Shown: positions 50,214 through 63,150, counted from the first letter of the whole stretch. The stretch: 63,150 nt of DNA, filler included, from Octopus bimaculoides (GCF_001194135.2; 4 parts of 4 records of this genome joined end to end with filler, not necessarily neighbours in it), one strand, 5' to 3'. Notes: generated by a model not told the origin, from the sequence alone. Program-made: numbers and translations.

Positions 50214-50553
50214 GGTGGTGGGGAGCTGGCAGATACGTTAGCACGCCAGGGCGAAATGCTTAGCGGTATTTCGTCTGCCGCTACGTTCTGAGTTCAGATA
50301 CCACCGTGGTCGATTTTAAAGGCGGCGAGTTGGCAGAAACGTTAGCACGCCGGGCGAAATGATTAGTGGTATTTCGTCTGCCGTTACGTTCGGAGTTCAA
50401 ATTCCGCCGAGGTCGACTTTGCTTTTCATCCTTTCAGGGTCGATAAAATGAGTACCAGTTACGTACTGGAGTCGATGTAATCGACTTAATCCCTTTGTCC
50501 GTGTTTGTCCCCTCTATGTTTAGCCCCTTGTGGGCAATAAAGACTTAAGAAAC
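50214..50553 (+). mobile_element. SINE family A with tandem head: old head 50214-50317 plus younger full copy 50319-50553
   Basis: Two consecutive GCGAGYTGGCAGA...GTTAGCACGCC...GAGTTCA...GGTCGA units; only the second continues into the CORE-like domain and tail. Confidence 0.9.
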
Positions 50554-50812
50554 AAATGTTTTCTTTTCTTTTTCTCCTCATTATTCTTTTGTAAGGAATT
50601 CTTTTTTAGTTTACTCTTTGCTTTTGTTATTTTTCTTGCTATGTTCTACTTCTCAACTGACGTTGTATAAACTACAGAAATTATTATGATTATTGTTGTG
50701 TTAACGTTAATATTTTATCACTTATGGAATATATTTTTCTTCCTCTGGATTCGAAGGAGTACGTCTGTGATAACATTATACAATATACTGTTCTTTTATG
50801 CTCTGTGTGTGT

Positions 50813-50891
<79 letters not shown>

Positions 50892-51896
50892 TGTGTGTGT
50901 GTGTGTGTGTTTGTGTGTTTGTGTCTTGAGCGAGTTTATATATGCATAGGCATATATATTATATGCATGTATCTGAATGTGCGTGTAAATATACCCGCGC
51001 TCCCGCACATACGTTTTCATATATATTCTTAACTATATTAAAATTTCCATCATGGACAGATATATGTTAACGAAAGTGTAACTCTGATTGTTATCGACTC
51101 TCAACAAGTAAGGGGAGAAAGTTTCAATAAATTAAAATTTAAATATTTATGGAATTAACAAGCTCGGCTTAAATGAAAAATTCGTTTCTATTTCGAATCC
51201 AAGGCACAAATGTAGAAAAGTGTTGTACCTAACACGTAGCTTAGACATACTCCTGTCCTTCATATCTTTGAATACATGTAGGCGTTTAGCATTGAGAGTA
51301 TTTTCTTCAGTGTCTTTGCATCAACATTTATTCTAAAATAATATAATTTCAATGAATTTCACCTTATAATAAAGCTGGTATTTATTTTGTTGTTACAAAA
51401 AGAATGACGTGCAGTGTAAATTTTGGTCAGATTTACACAAATTGGGACACCATTCTAAAGAAAGCAATGCGTCGAGTTCCAGCTAATCGCAAACAATAAC
51501 CTAAGTAAAACAGACTGATTATATGGTTAAATATTGAATATGAAATCACCACGGTAGTAAAGGAGACAGACTTTGCTTGTTGTTTAAGTATCAAGGGGTC
51601 AAAACAATGGTCAATAGATCAAATATGACGTTGTTGTCATAGTTGCTAACTAAAAATACTCCACCATTATATGGCAAAGCAGAAACACTTGTCTTTTGAA
51701 GATTAACGGATGGAAAAATATTACAATAAAAGTGAAGTTCATGTAGGTCATGAGCAGTAAATGTTTTATAACATTACAAATAATAATCTTCATTGAAATG
51801 CAATATATTTCTGGTAGCTGTAGAGCTATACAGACTGTAATATATATAGTACTGCTGCTCTTGTAACTGAACATGCTGATATATACGTACGTGTAA

Positions 51897-51998
51897 AGGC
51901 GCGTGGCTTAGTGGTTAGGGTATTCCACTCACGATCGGAAGGTCGTGAGTTCGATTTCTGGCGGCATGTTGTCGCGTGAGCAAGACACTTTATTTTAC
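51897..51998 (+). mobile_element. tRNA-derived SINE family D head
   Basis: A box TGGCTTAGTGG, B box GAGTTCGATTTC, then TGAGCAAGACACTT; related degraded copy at 53808-53903. Confidence 0.7.
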
Positions 51999-52496
51999 GC
52001 TTGATTGTGTCATGCTAAGCCTCTCGCGCATTAACTACGGGAGCAAACTGTTCCATGCATCATCTAGAACCGTCGTCTTCGACAGGTGTTGTATAACTAT
52101 AAAAGTACATGTATGTATATAAAAGTCGGTCGCTGCCGATAAATATTCAGAACGTAGTGCACAATGACTAACATTTCCTGATCCGTGAATTTGGAGTTCA
52201 AATCCAGCCAAATTTAACTTCTAATTCAACTTTCTGTGCTCTATAAATAAACCACAGGGAAGTGCTACTGAAATTTTAACGTTTCTGTTTATCTCTTTCT
52301 CAGTGTGTCGCTCACTCGCTCAGAATAACCAATCATATATTATTGAAAGTTGCAGAGTTAGCACTCAAAATGTTTTAATTTTGTAAATAGGCATTTCAGA
52401 AGACTAATACCAGTCAGATCTTCAATACTAAGGTAAAATAACTAATTAGAAAAGGAAGGAAAGCAAAACGTATGGTTCTCGAGGGAACGTGATACG

Positions 52497-52536
<40 letters not shown>

Positions 52537-52622
52537 CATTCATTAATACATACCTTCATTTATACATATGTACACGCACACAAATACACGTGGATACACA
52601 CACATATATGTAGACGTACTTA

Positions 52623-52656
<34 letters not shown>

Positions 52657-53422
52657 GTTATATGCATGGAGCAAACATAAGAACTACAAATTAAGTATGG
52701 GCTATTCCTTTCTTTCCTTCCTTCCTTGCTTGGATGGGAAAATGTACTTACGAAACTAATAGTTGGAAGATTTTATATGCGTGTGTGTGCTTAAATAAAA
52801 GTTCATAAACACACGCACACGCACGCGCACAAGCACACGCACATACGCACACACGCACACGCACACATGCATACATATATTGGCACACACACACACACAT
52901 GAGTGTATGTATGTATGTATGTATTCGATGAAAAATATCTCTCAGCAGAATATAGTACAACACATTTTCTCCACATGAATCAGGTAATGCAAATTCATTT
53001 CAACATATAGAGTCATTTAACAAGATGGTGTGTGGGTGGTTGTGAGAGAAGAAATACACACAGACGGAGCGAGCAGTCAGCCAGTGAGAGGGAGAGAGAT
53101 ACAGATCACCAAACATATATGTCCTTTCATGTAATTGTGATATCAAATCTAGTTGTAAGTGAATACACCTTGACTAGAACTAAATACATGTAGATTAATT
53201 ATTCTTACAATGCACAATAATTAACATATACTTCGACTTGCACCCTTTCGATCAGTTTGAGGTCTGAGCAATTTACTCATCCCTCCCTCGAAATTGATAG
53301 CTTTGTGCCAAAATTTAAAACTCTTTTGACACAATTTTGAAACAAATATAAAGGCTGTGCTCAGGATGGCAAATATGGAGGCTGAACCCTCGATTTCAGG
53401 TTGTAGTGTAAATCGTTCTCTT

Positions 53423-53469
<47 letters not shown>

Positions 53470-53526
53470 ACACACACACATATATATACATATATATATA
53501 CACACAAACATAAATTTATCTATTTA

Positions 53527-53603
<77 letters not shown>

Positions 53604-53807
53604 AATCAACTAGCTACATATGCAAATGATAATAGAGACTCAAAGACATCTGCGTGCATGCACACACATACACACACACACACACACACATACACACACA
53701 CACGCACGTAAAAGTGCGCACATATTTATATATTAGTGTATTTGTCGCTGAGTATTTGGAAACAAAAAACGTATTTTGTACTTAAATTTACTGGGGAAGA
53801 TACATTA

Positions 53808-53903
53808 ACTAGCGGTTAGCATGTTGCAGTCACAATCTTAATATCGTGGTTTCGATTTTCGGACCGGTTTGTGAGTCTTGTTCTTGAGCAAAACACTTCA
53901 CAT
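53808..53903 (+). mobile_element. SINE family D head, degraded
   Basis: CTAGCGGTTAG...GGTTTCGATTTTCGGACCGG...TTCTTGAGCAAAACACTTCA. Confidence 0.55.
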
Positions 53904-54297
53904 CAAGATACGCCACTCAATTTCTTGCTCAATGAACTTCAATAACAGCTAGAAGTGAATCGTAAGACGGAACATTGTATCGTTCACCGCATGGAGAGAG
54001 TTCTAATCCCATCAATTATAGTCTATGACGCGGTTTTAAATTTATTACTGAAGGGTTTCAAGACAAAAAGAAAAAATCAAAATGAGCAGGTAGTGAACAT
54101 GGCTGAATGGATTAGTATACTTTAAACTGTTCGGTAAAAACCTTTAATCGGCTGATTTGAGATTAAGATGTTATATGAAGAATACGATTTATTCATATTA
54201 TTATATATGTGAGCATTGATTGTGGCTCATAAAAACTATTGGACAACTACACACACACACAAACACAGTCGCGCACACACACACACATGCATATATA

Positions 54298-54673
54298 TAT
54301 ATTACAATTAATTAGAGGAATGACCACTAAAGTGGATTCCGAATATGCTAAAGATAGACGTCAAATCTCCTTACCACGAAGAGTGTGTTCTCAAAAAAAT
54401 CGCAACACCGCCAGAATGCAAAAAGAGTTGCCGATATTTCCATTTTGCATTTTGCATATTTTTTATAAGTTTTAACAATGAAATCATGATACGTAGGTAA
54501 TGTTTTTTTGTTTTTTTTTGTATATTTTCATGTGTCTTGCTCATTTTTGCATTCTGGCGTTTTTGCTGAGAATTTCTTGAGAACACACACTTCGTGATAA
54601 GGCGATTTGACGTCTATCGTAAACATATTAGGAATCCACTTTAGTGGTCGTTCCTCTTATTAATTGTAATATA
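54298..54673. mobile_element. MITE/foldback element with ~130-bp terminal inverted repeats
   Basis: 54298-54428 is a diverged reverse complement of 54539-54673 (shared GACCACTAAAGTGGATTCC, GATAGACGTCAAATC, CGCCAGAATGCAAAAA); ~110-bp AT-rich spacer; TA at both ends. Confidence 0.85.
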
Positions 54674-54772
54674 ATTTTCAAATCTTTGGATTTAAAATAA
54701 AATATGCTAGACCACTGCTTTAAATTGACGTTAATTGATTGATATCAATTTCAACCCTCATTATTTAATATA

Positions 54773-54819
<47 letters not shown>

Positions 54820-57442
54820 GGAGACAGAGAAAGAAAAAGAGAGAGATCCATATCTACAAACAAATATATGGCTATATGCATATGTACACGCACACACACA
54901 TTTATATATGATAAAATATGCATAACGTCTCTTTGCATTATGTAGTGTGCTTTTTGTGTTTTTGTGTGTAAATGTGTGTGTGCGCGCGCCTGTAGGACCG
55001 AATGGTTGAATATTTAGGAAATTAACTCCAAATTTCCAAAGTTTACGGTTAGATTTCATTGCATAGTATTTTATTAGATTTGTACGAAGTTATTAAAATT
55101 TAGTAAAAGAGCCCATTGTCTGAATTATAGGTGTAATTAACGAGATTCGGTTATGTTAAACTGATTCTTCTAGCGTATTACGCGTACAGTTTTATTGTAT
55201 GGAAATTTTATCCAAGCGTTCCTTACAATCGAAGCAATTAATTCAAGTGATCGAATAACTAAATCCTCATCATTTAAGTATATGGTNNNNNNNNNNNNNN
55301 NNNNNNNNNNNNNNNNNNNNNNNNNNNNNNNNNNNNNNNNNNNNNNNNNNNNNNNNNNNNNNNNNNTGTGTGTGTGTGTGTGTGTTAGAGTCCTAGTGTT
55401 ATTTTTCCGTTTGTGTAATACATGTTATATAGTGTTAGGAAACTTGTTTTTATTTGATTTAGATTTTCTGGGCGTGCGTGTGCGTATGCGTGTGCGTGTG
55501 TGTGTGCGTGTACGTGTCTGTGTATAAATAGATGCATAATATTCAGAGACTGAATATAACTCGGGTAGTATTGTCACTTCTTGTTCCTATATCCAGCTAC
55601 CCCTTATTTTTTTCGTTGTTCAAAGCAATATTGGGTGGTTTACTTTTCTTACAATAAAAAATTGCTCGCATCATTGACAAATATCTCAATTCCTAGAATA
55701 TTCTAACATATTTTTCAATGAGAACCTTTTCGTTTAGGTCTCCACAAAACATATTTATTCTTTCTTATTTGACGTCTGAGCTAATTTAGAGCTGAAAGAC
55801 GATAGCTTTATAATGGTATTAAATAGTAAAGTATTTCGTGCCCTCACATATTCAGAAGACTAATTCAATTTATTCCACAGTTGAGGAAGGAAAGCACAGT
55901 CGCTTTAACCTGAATTGAATTACACCCAAACATTTCTAAAGTTCCATTCTACATTTCAACTAAAGTACAATGCATTAGACAAGAAATGGTGATGCTGTAC
56001 ACTTTTCATCAGTGAGCTCTCGATGAGGACCGACACTAGAATAAACCGTAATAACAGCAAAAACAATATAAATTGATTATTAAATTTGGTTGAATATACT
56101 ATTTACTCTGGTATGTAATTTTTTAAGATGTAAATAAGATGTTTCTAAATGAGTGAAGTTGGAGAGTTCGCTACGTATCAAAGCAAAATCCAATAGTATT
56201 TGGAATTACAATATACATTAGCTCAGGAACAATAATAAGTCACTTCTTTTTTTTTTTGTGTTATGTACCTTCGAGGAAATGGCAATGTATGCAGTTAAAT
56301 GTTGTATATATATATATTTGTTCCCTTAAGATAGACTCAGCATTATTAATATGTTGGAAGAATCGCTGCTAAAGTGTAACTGAATATTTAAAACACAGAC
56401 CCTTGCACAATTCAAGTATACTTCATGCAGACTCAACATGATATTGTATAACAAGAGCGACTGTTTTACATACAACTATTATCAAATACAACTGGTTCGG
56501 ATTCAGTTTTTGTTTACTCAATTTTATTTTGAAACGAAATTGCCGTCGCATTTAAAACCAATCCACTGACCTCATTATTGCGATACCTCTGCACCAGCTT
56601 CCCCAAATATCTGTTATTCTCTAGTAATCTTCAATTGTTCATTGCTGCTGGAATCTATTGAAAAGAAAGCAGACGCGATATTACAAATCTTTAATCCATA
56701 ACTTAAAATATTAACCACTCTGCCATTTAAATATCCACTTTCTCTATCTCAAACATTGAATGATTCGTGGTTTCCTCGACGTTATGGTGTAAATATAATA
56801 AAATTAAATAGAATTATTTACAAAATTTTCTTTTTAATGTAAAACCATGTTGTTTAATAGTACAACATTGCGTCAAATCTTCTTTCATCTTAATAAAACC
56901 TGATTGTTTTGTGAGAAAAATTTTCGAAAGTTATCACATCGCCTTTATCGAAAACTGTAATTTCTTACAAATGCAAATTTTAATATAATAAATATATCCA
57001 TATATCATGAATTAAGCCAATATATTATCTACAAGTATATTGTAATATTTATTCCTTGTTTTTCTTATAAGCATAGACGTTGGTTTTGAATGTATATATT
57101 AAGTCTCGGTTTAATCTATTTAGAACAATAGACATGAAAGCAATTGCGTGCTTCTCGCGTATATAACGAGAATTAATTAATTTCCAAGGAAAAATCTAAT
57201 AAATTTATCGACAAACTTAATCGACTATACGTCAGGAGAACAGTAGCTTCAAAGCAATATTTCAGCAATATATCAGTTTGAACCAATCAGTAACTTAGAT
57301 CGACAACTTAGCTTCTTTTATATGATTGCCTAGACATTAATTCATATGGTAAGTAATTACGATGACCAAGTAGATATAATGACTGGTTTTCAACTGAAGA
57401 TTCCAGTGTTCGTATCTTTTCCAATCATTGTAACTTTTTTAG

Positions 57443-57493
57443 GAGTAAAGAAGCTTCCTTGTGAAATTAACAGATTATACAGCGAAGTTGAAA
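57443..57493 (+). CDS. candidate 51-nt phase-1/phase-1 exon, unknown protein
   Basis: TGTAACTTTTTTAG| acceptor, |GTGAGT donor, open frame (G)VKKLPCEINRLYSEVE. Confidence 0.2.
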
Positions 57494-57614
57494 GTGAGTG
57501 GGAAAAAGGGAAGATATCAAATCATGCTAAATAATTTTTTCGTTAACTTTAGATCTTCCCGCTCCTACGAGATGTGCGTGTGCATGTATATACATACAAA
57601 CACACACACACACG

Positions 57615-57683
<69 letters not shown>

Positions 57684-57931
57684 TTATAAATTCATATATC
57701 ACGTAAGTATATAAATAAACACAAATACACATATATGAGAATGCCTAAGTGTGTGGCAGCGTATATGTGGAAATAATGTTTATTTTCTGCTTTCTCTCCC
57801 ACTTTCTATTCAGATACATATGGGGGCGGGTGCCCACCCATGCATACCTGTACAGGTGAGAATTTCTGTTTCATAACTGTCATGCACAAAATGTAATGTT
57901 ACCTTTTATATATATATATATATATATATAT

Positions 57932-58031
57932 NNNNNNNNNNNNNNNNNNNNNNNNNNNNNNNNNNNNNNNNNNNNTTAATTAATTAANNNNNNNNNNNNN
58001 NNNNNNNNNNNNNNNNNNNNNNNNNNNNNNN
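57932..58031. other. artificial assembly spacer 44N-TTAATTAATTAA-44N
   Basis: Same 100-bp structure as 28165-28264. Confidence 0.9.
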
Positions 58032-58352
58032 AGAATTTTTTTTTTTTTTTTTTTTCCTTTTTTATTTAATGGCAAAATATGTGCGTCGGGTTGAGGTGTG
58101 TTAAGGGTGAAGTTTTCTCGCGGCAGCAGCATTGAATAATATCAGATTGGGTGGGAAGGAAGCAAATGTAGTAGCTAGATTAGTCATGTAGTCCAAGTTG
58201 GTCAGCAACCATTTCTGATTGATTACTCTTTCTAGAAGAGATTTGCACTGTGTAACTCACACATTCGCGCGCACACACCACAAACGCACATACACGCACG
58301 CACGCACGTATACACATACCTCCACATAAACATATAGGAGATGTGTCTGTAT

Positions 58353-58391
<39 letters not shown>

Positions 58392-58884
58392 TATATGTAT
58401 CATGTGTGTGTATATATGTATATATGTATTATGCATTTATACACACACAAGTATATATATATATACGGATATATATATATGTGTGTGTATGTGTGTGTGT
58501 GTGTATGTATGTATGCATAAAAATATTTGTATATACATGTGCATGTGTGTAATTGGTGAATAACATGCGTGTGTGCTTGTTTAGGGTATATATTTTACAT
58601 ATATGTGTATATACCTATATATGTGTGTGCGTATACACACGTACACACACGCACTCACGCATATAACATCTGTCTATGTTCGGACTGTCTTTGCACAGGG
58701 GCTATCCGGACTCCCGCCTTCACTGTGGACAGGAATTAATATTCTCTCTACGCTCACATGGGCTCAGCTCATCACCTGTCTTCATCTGACACCAACCTCA
58801 TCTCCTCTCTTCGTTTGATACCAAACCCACACCACTTCACACACACTAGCACTGACCACTTCCCAGCACCCTCACCACACACCA

Positions 58885-59035
58885 GCATGCACGCTTCCAC
58901 ACCCACACAAGCACATAATAGCGGAAAACAGAAATATATACTTCCACACCCATACAAGCACATAATACCTGAACAAAGACAATATATACTCTCACACTCA
59001 TACAAGCATATAATACCTGAACACAGACTATATAT
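58885..59035. repeat. 48-bp minisatellite, ~3 diverged copies
   Basis: Units starting AATATATACT...CATACAAGCA.ATAATACCTGAACA.AGAC at 58933 and 58981, partial upstream. Confidence 0.8.
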
Positions 59036-59354
59036 GCATATACACGCAATACGCATTAACACACGCAACATACATAGACAAAGATAACTTTCGCCCACAT
59101 GCATACACCACAGACATGCACACTGTTTGATCACAGACAGACAGACAGACAGACACACACACACACATTTCGTACACGCACACACTCACACACACCATTC
59201 TCCCATACACACAAACGCACATTCACCTTCTCTTGCTGGGATCACTAGCAGTTTATTACCTGCCTTTCATTCAAGCTCCTTTTTATTATCTCCCTTCCAT
59301 TCAATCGCTTTATTTTTATTATTTCCCTCTCTTTTAACCTCTTTTTTCCCCAAT

Positions 59355-59551
59355 CATTCGCCATGCTGGACCGCTGATTTTTACAAGTTTTTTTTCATTC
59401 TTTCTCTGTTTATTTTCTTTAATTCCTTTATGTTGAAGAGCATAGACTCGAAAAGTAAAAGACTTTTTCTTTTTTCCTGACTGTCAAACTAATACACTTG
59501 CCTCTTGTTCAAACACCTGCCTTCGTCTTTTGTTTTTCTATCAATTTCAGC
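59355..59551 (+). mobile_element. repeat family E copy 3
   Basis: CATTCGCCATGCTGGACCGCT...CTTT-ATGTTGA-A-GAGC-ATAG-ACTC-GAAAA-GTA-AAAG...CAAACTAATAC...CACCTGCCTTCGTCTTTTG, ending at (TA)n. Confidence 0.7.
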
Positions 59552-59845
59552 TATATATANNNNNNNNNNNNNNNNNNNNNNNNNNNNNNNNNNNNNNNNN
59601 NNNNNNNNNNNNNNNNNNNNNNNNNNNNNNNNNNNNNNNNNNNNNNNNNNNNNNNNNNNNNNNNNNNNNNNNNNNNNNNNNNNNNNNNNNNNNNNNNNNN
59701 NNNNNNNNNNNNNNNNNNNNNNNNNNNNNNNNNNNNNNNNNNNNNNNNNNNNNNNNNNNNNNNNNNNNNNNNNNNNNNNNNNNNNNNNNNNNNNNNNNNN
59801 NNNNNNNNNNNNNNNNNNNNNNNNNNNNNNNNNNNNNNNNNNNNN

Positions 59846-59883
<38 letters not shown>

Positions 59884-60314
59884 TGTATGTATGCGTGTAT
59901 GTATGTTCGTTTATATACTCACAGATAAATATAGATAGTTAAATACTTGTATGCAAATATGTACATGCACACGCATTATGTTTATCTGTATGCATATATA
60001 GGTATATATGTGTGTATACGTGTGTGTAATATATGCAGGCACATAAATATGCATGCAAAAAATATGCATTTATCATCCATAATTCAGATACATAATAACA
60101 TGAAAGACGTATACCTAGACAGATCCAAGCGCCATAAATTACTTTTAAATTTAGCAGATGTCCCGAAATAATGGCATGAAACATACGTCACTCGAGATTA
60201 CTTTTTCGCGAAGCCTATCGACCTAGACATTCATCCCTCCTTATATATCTCTCTTTGTTTCATTCTCTCACTCTCACTCTCTTCCCTCTCTCTCTATCTA
60301 TCTAGACATTATTT

Positions 60315-60425
60315 ATTTTGATTGTTTCAATCATTTGTCTGCGGCCATGCAAGAGCACCGATTTGAAGGGTTTTAGTCAAATAAATCGACCTCAACACTT
60401 ATTTCTTAAACCTAGTACTTATTCA
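60315..60425 (-). mobile_element. SINE family B tail fragment
   Basis: TGCGGCCATGCAAGAGCACCG...TTTTAGTCAAATAAATCGACC...CCTAGTACTTATTC, as in 1341-1445. Confidence 0.75.
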
Positions 60426-60450
60426 CACACTTACATACTTAATATATATA

Positions 60451-60467
60451 AGATCGGAAGAGCGTCG
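60451..60467 (+). other. Illumina adapter remnant at contig end
   Basis: AGATCGGAAGAGCGTCG is the start of the TruSeq adapter, immediately followed by N. Confidence 0.92.
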
Positions 60468-60567
60468 NNNNNNNNNNNNNNNNNNNNNNNNNNNNNNNNN
60501 NNNNNNNNNNNTTAATTAATTAANNNNNNNNNNNNNNNNNNNNNNNNNNNNNNNNNNNNNNNNNNNN
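60468..60567. other. artificial assembly spacer 44N-TTAATTAATTAA-44N
   Basis: Same 100-bp structure. Confidence 0.9.
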
Positions 60568-60598
<31 letters not shown>

Positions 60599-60651
60599 CA
60601 TCTATCTATATATCTATCTATCTATCTATCCATCTATCTATCTATCTATCC

Positions 60652-60686
<35 letters not shown>

Positions 60687-60691
60687 CATCC

Positions 60692-60737
<46 letters not shown>

Positions 60738-60746
60738 TTATCTATC
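60568..60746. repeat. (TCTA)n/(TCCA)n compound microsatellite
   Basis: Direct reading. Confidence 0.95.
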
Positions 60747-62333
60747 TTAGATCCCTTCATCAAAGCATCTATCCAGCTAGCCAGCCAGCCAGAAATATGA
60801 TATGGGCGTGCATATATGCGAGTGCGTGAGTGTGTGTATATGTGTGTAAGTGTACAAATATCAGCATGTATGTATTTTCAGAATATGTGTATGCTTATAC
60901 ATGTATATGTGTTTACCTGTGTGGGCGTGTGTGTGTGTGTGCACTGATGACAATAGGTGAAAGAAAGTGAGGGAATGAGAAAAAAGACAACTTAATGATA
61001 AACATAAATGTGCAGGTAATTGTGTGTGTGATATATATGTATATTTGCATATGATGACACACGCATACACATCCATCTAACTATTTATCCGTCCATACAA
61101 TACACACACACACACACACACACACATAAATACATACATGCACAAATACAGATATATATACGTACACGCATAGATGGCAATAAGAGTCAGCAAGAGAAAG
61201 GGGAGAGACAAACGGGGAGACAAAGAAATGAAGGGTGTGGCATGTAATTGTGAATACAAGGTGTGGAGATTAGTGTTCGATCCGAGTATATAAACTTGAC
61301 CATCAATATATATATATATATATATATGATGCATATACATATGTGTGCATATATATANNNNNNNNNNNNNNNNNNNNNNNNNNNNNNNNNNNNNNNNNNN
61401 NNNNNNNNNNNNNNNNNNNNNNNNNNNNNNNNNNNNNNNNNNNNNNNNNNNNNNNNNNNNNNNNNNNNNNNNNNNNNNNNNNNNNNNNNNNNNNNNNNNN
61501 NNNNNNNNNNNNNNNNNNNNNNNNNNNNNNNNNNNNNNNNNNNNNNNNNNNNNNNNNNNNNNNNNNNNNNNNNNNNNNNNNNNNNNNNNNNNNNNNNNNN
61601 NNNNNNNNNNNNNNNNNNNNNNNNNNNNNNNNNNNNNNNNNNNNNNNNNNNNNNNNNNNNNNNNNNNNNNNNNNNNNNNNNNNNNNNNNNNNNNNNNNNN
61701 NNNNNNNNNNNNNNNNNNNNNNNNNNNNNNNNNNNNNNNNNNNNNNNNNNNNNNNNNNNNNNNNNNNNNNNNNNNNNNNNNNNNNNNNNNNNNNNNNNNN
61801 NNNNNNNNNNNNNNNNNNNNNNNNNNNNNNNNNNNNNNNNNNNNNNNNNNNNNNNNNNNNNNNNNNNNNNNNNNNNNNNNNNNNNNNNNNNNNNNNNNNN
61901 NNNNNNNNNNNNNNNNNNNNNNNNNNNNNNNNNNNNNNNNNNNNNNNNNNNNNNNNNNNNNNNNNNNNNNNNNNNNNNNNNNNNNNNNNNNNNNNNNNNN
62001 NNNNNNNNNNNNNNNNNNNNNNNNNNNNNNNNNNNNNNNNNNNNNNNNNNNNNNNNNNNNNNNNNNNNNNNNNNNNNNNNNNNNNNNNNNNNNNNNNNNN
62101 NNNNNNNNNNNNNNNNNNNNNNNNNNNNNNNNNNNNNNNNNNNNNNNNNNNNNNNNNNNNNNNNNNNNNNATATATATATATATATATACATACATACAC
62201 TCATACATACATACATTTATTCCTGGAATAAGCATACTGTTATTGGTTCCGATTATCTCACAAATAAAAAAAATTTCCATCAACGTTGAATTGAGCTCAC
62301 TGTTCAGTATTAACGTGTATATATTCTTTTATT

Positions 62334-62727
62334 CTTTTATTTGTTTCGGTCGTTTGACTGCGGCGATGCTGGAGCACCGCCTTAAAGGGTTTTAGTCGAA
62401 GAAATCAACACGAGGACATACCCTTTGTAAGCCTACCGGTCATTTTTGTTAAGTTACGGGGATACAAACACACCAGCATCGGTTGTCAAACGATGGCGGA
62501 GAAGTGTGGGGACAGAAACATAATCACACACACACACACATAATTATATGCATATAAATATATATATATGACGAGATTTTTTCAGTTTCCGTCTACCAAA
62601 TCCACCGACAAAGCTTTGGTGGGCCGAGGCTATAGAAGACACTTACCCAAATATCACGCGGTGGGACTGAACCCAGAAGCATGTGGTTAGGAAGCAAGCT
62701 TCTTATCACACAGCCACGCCTACGCCT
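62334..62727 (-). mobile_element. SINE family B, near full length
   Basis: Colinear with 1341-1784: CAGTTTCCGTCTACCAAATCC, GGGACTGAACCCAGAA, CACACAGCCACGCCTACGCCT. Confidence 0.9.
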
Positions 62728-62916
62728 ATGTGCATAGTGCGAAACTGAATATTACCAATTAGTCGATAACTGATGAAGAATTACGGTTCTTCTCTTTGTC
62801 TCCCGTTCGTTTTTACTTTCAGTATACGTTATGTCGTCTTTTTTTATTTACCATACATTTTCATTTTCATTTATTACACAGGCATACATAGAAACACGCA
62901 CACACACACATGTATA

Positions 62917-62972
<56 letters not shown>

Positions 62973-63150
62973 TATATCTTCGAAACGTCTAGTTAGAATA
63001 GAGGCAGCTGATGAATAATTCCAAGTGGCTTTCTATTTTGCTATGTGTTCGTTCCGTTGTCTGTAGTTCATTGTTCTAACGTCCTGTACCCTGATATGCA
63101 TCTATATACACATGTAGATGTAAGTATATACATATATGTGTGTATACATG

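Noticed and set aside
52130-52260. Very old SINE A-like copy (also A-variant tail pieces at 310-372 and 53232-53315, B pieces at 20950, 22150 and 27300)
   Set aside because: Too degraded to delimit confidently; probably real fragments but uninformative.
58032-58070. AATAAA plus poly(A) on the minus strand suggesting a retrocopy
   Set aside because: Lies at a contig edge beside an artificial spacer, with no recognisable ORF or TSD.
1970-62395. Long ORFs in the supplied track rich in X, YI, CV, HT, LS or ER
   Set aside because: They are translations of N gaps and dinucleotide microsatellites, not genes.

Overview
AT-rich, gap-ridden eukaryotic sequence dense in microsatellites ((TA)n, (CA)n, (GA)n, (TATG)n, (TCTA)n, (AAT)n). 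It is most likely octopus genomic DNA. That assignment is inference from recalled octopus-type tRNA-derived SINE families, not a database match. No host gene could be identified; only a few low-confidence exon candidates exist on each strand. The window is mostly transposon relics. There are four tRNA-derived SINE families (called A-D here) and four Tc1/mariner fossils: a near-full mellifera-like mariner at 11.1-12.2 kb, a second mariner at 21 kb, a TIR-bounded maT-like element at 30.3-32.0 kb and a deleted fragment at 5.9 kb. There are also three 3' ends of RLE (R4/Dong-type) non-LTR retrotransposons abutting (AAT)n or (TATG)n arrays, and a long-TIR MITE at 54.3-54.7 kb. The most interesting signal is a set of minimal, Penelope-type type-I hammerhead ribozyme motifs in short repeats. 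One sits in the tail of tRNA-SINE family C. One is a three-copy family (E) with U instead of the conserved A6. Two are singletons, at 8.5 kb and 7.8 kb. A 51-bp-arm hairpin at 43.1 kb with plus-strand G-U bias also stands out. Assembly artefacts include three 44N-TTAATTAATTAA-44N spacers and an Illumina adapter remnant.
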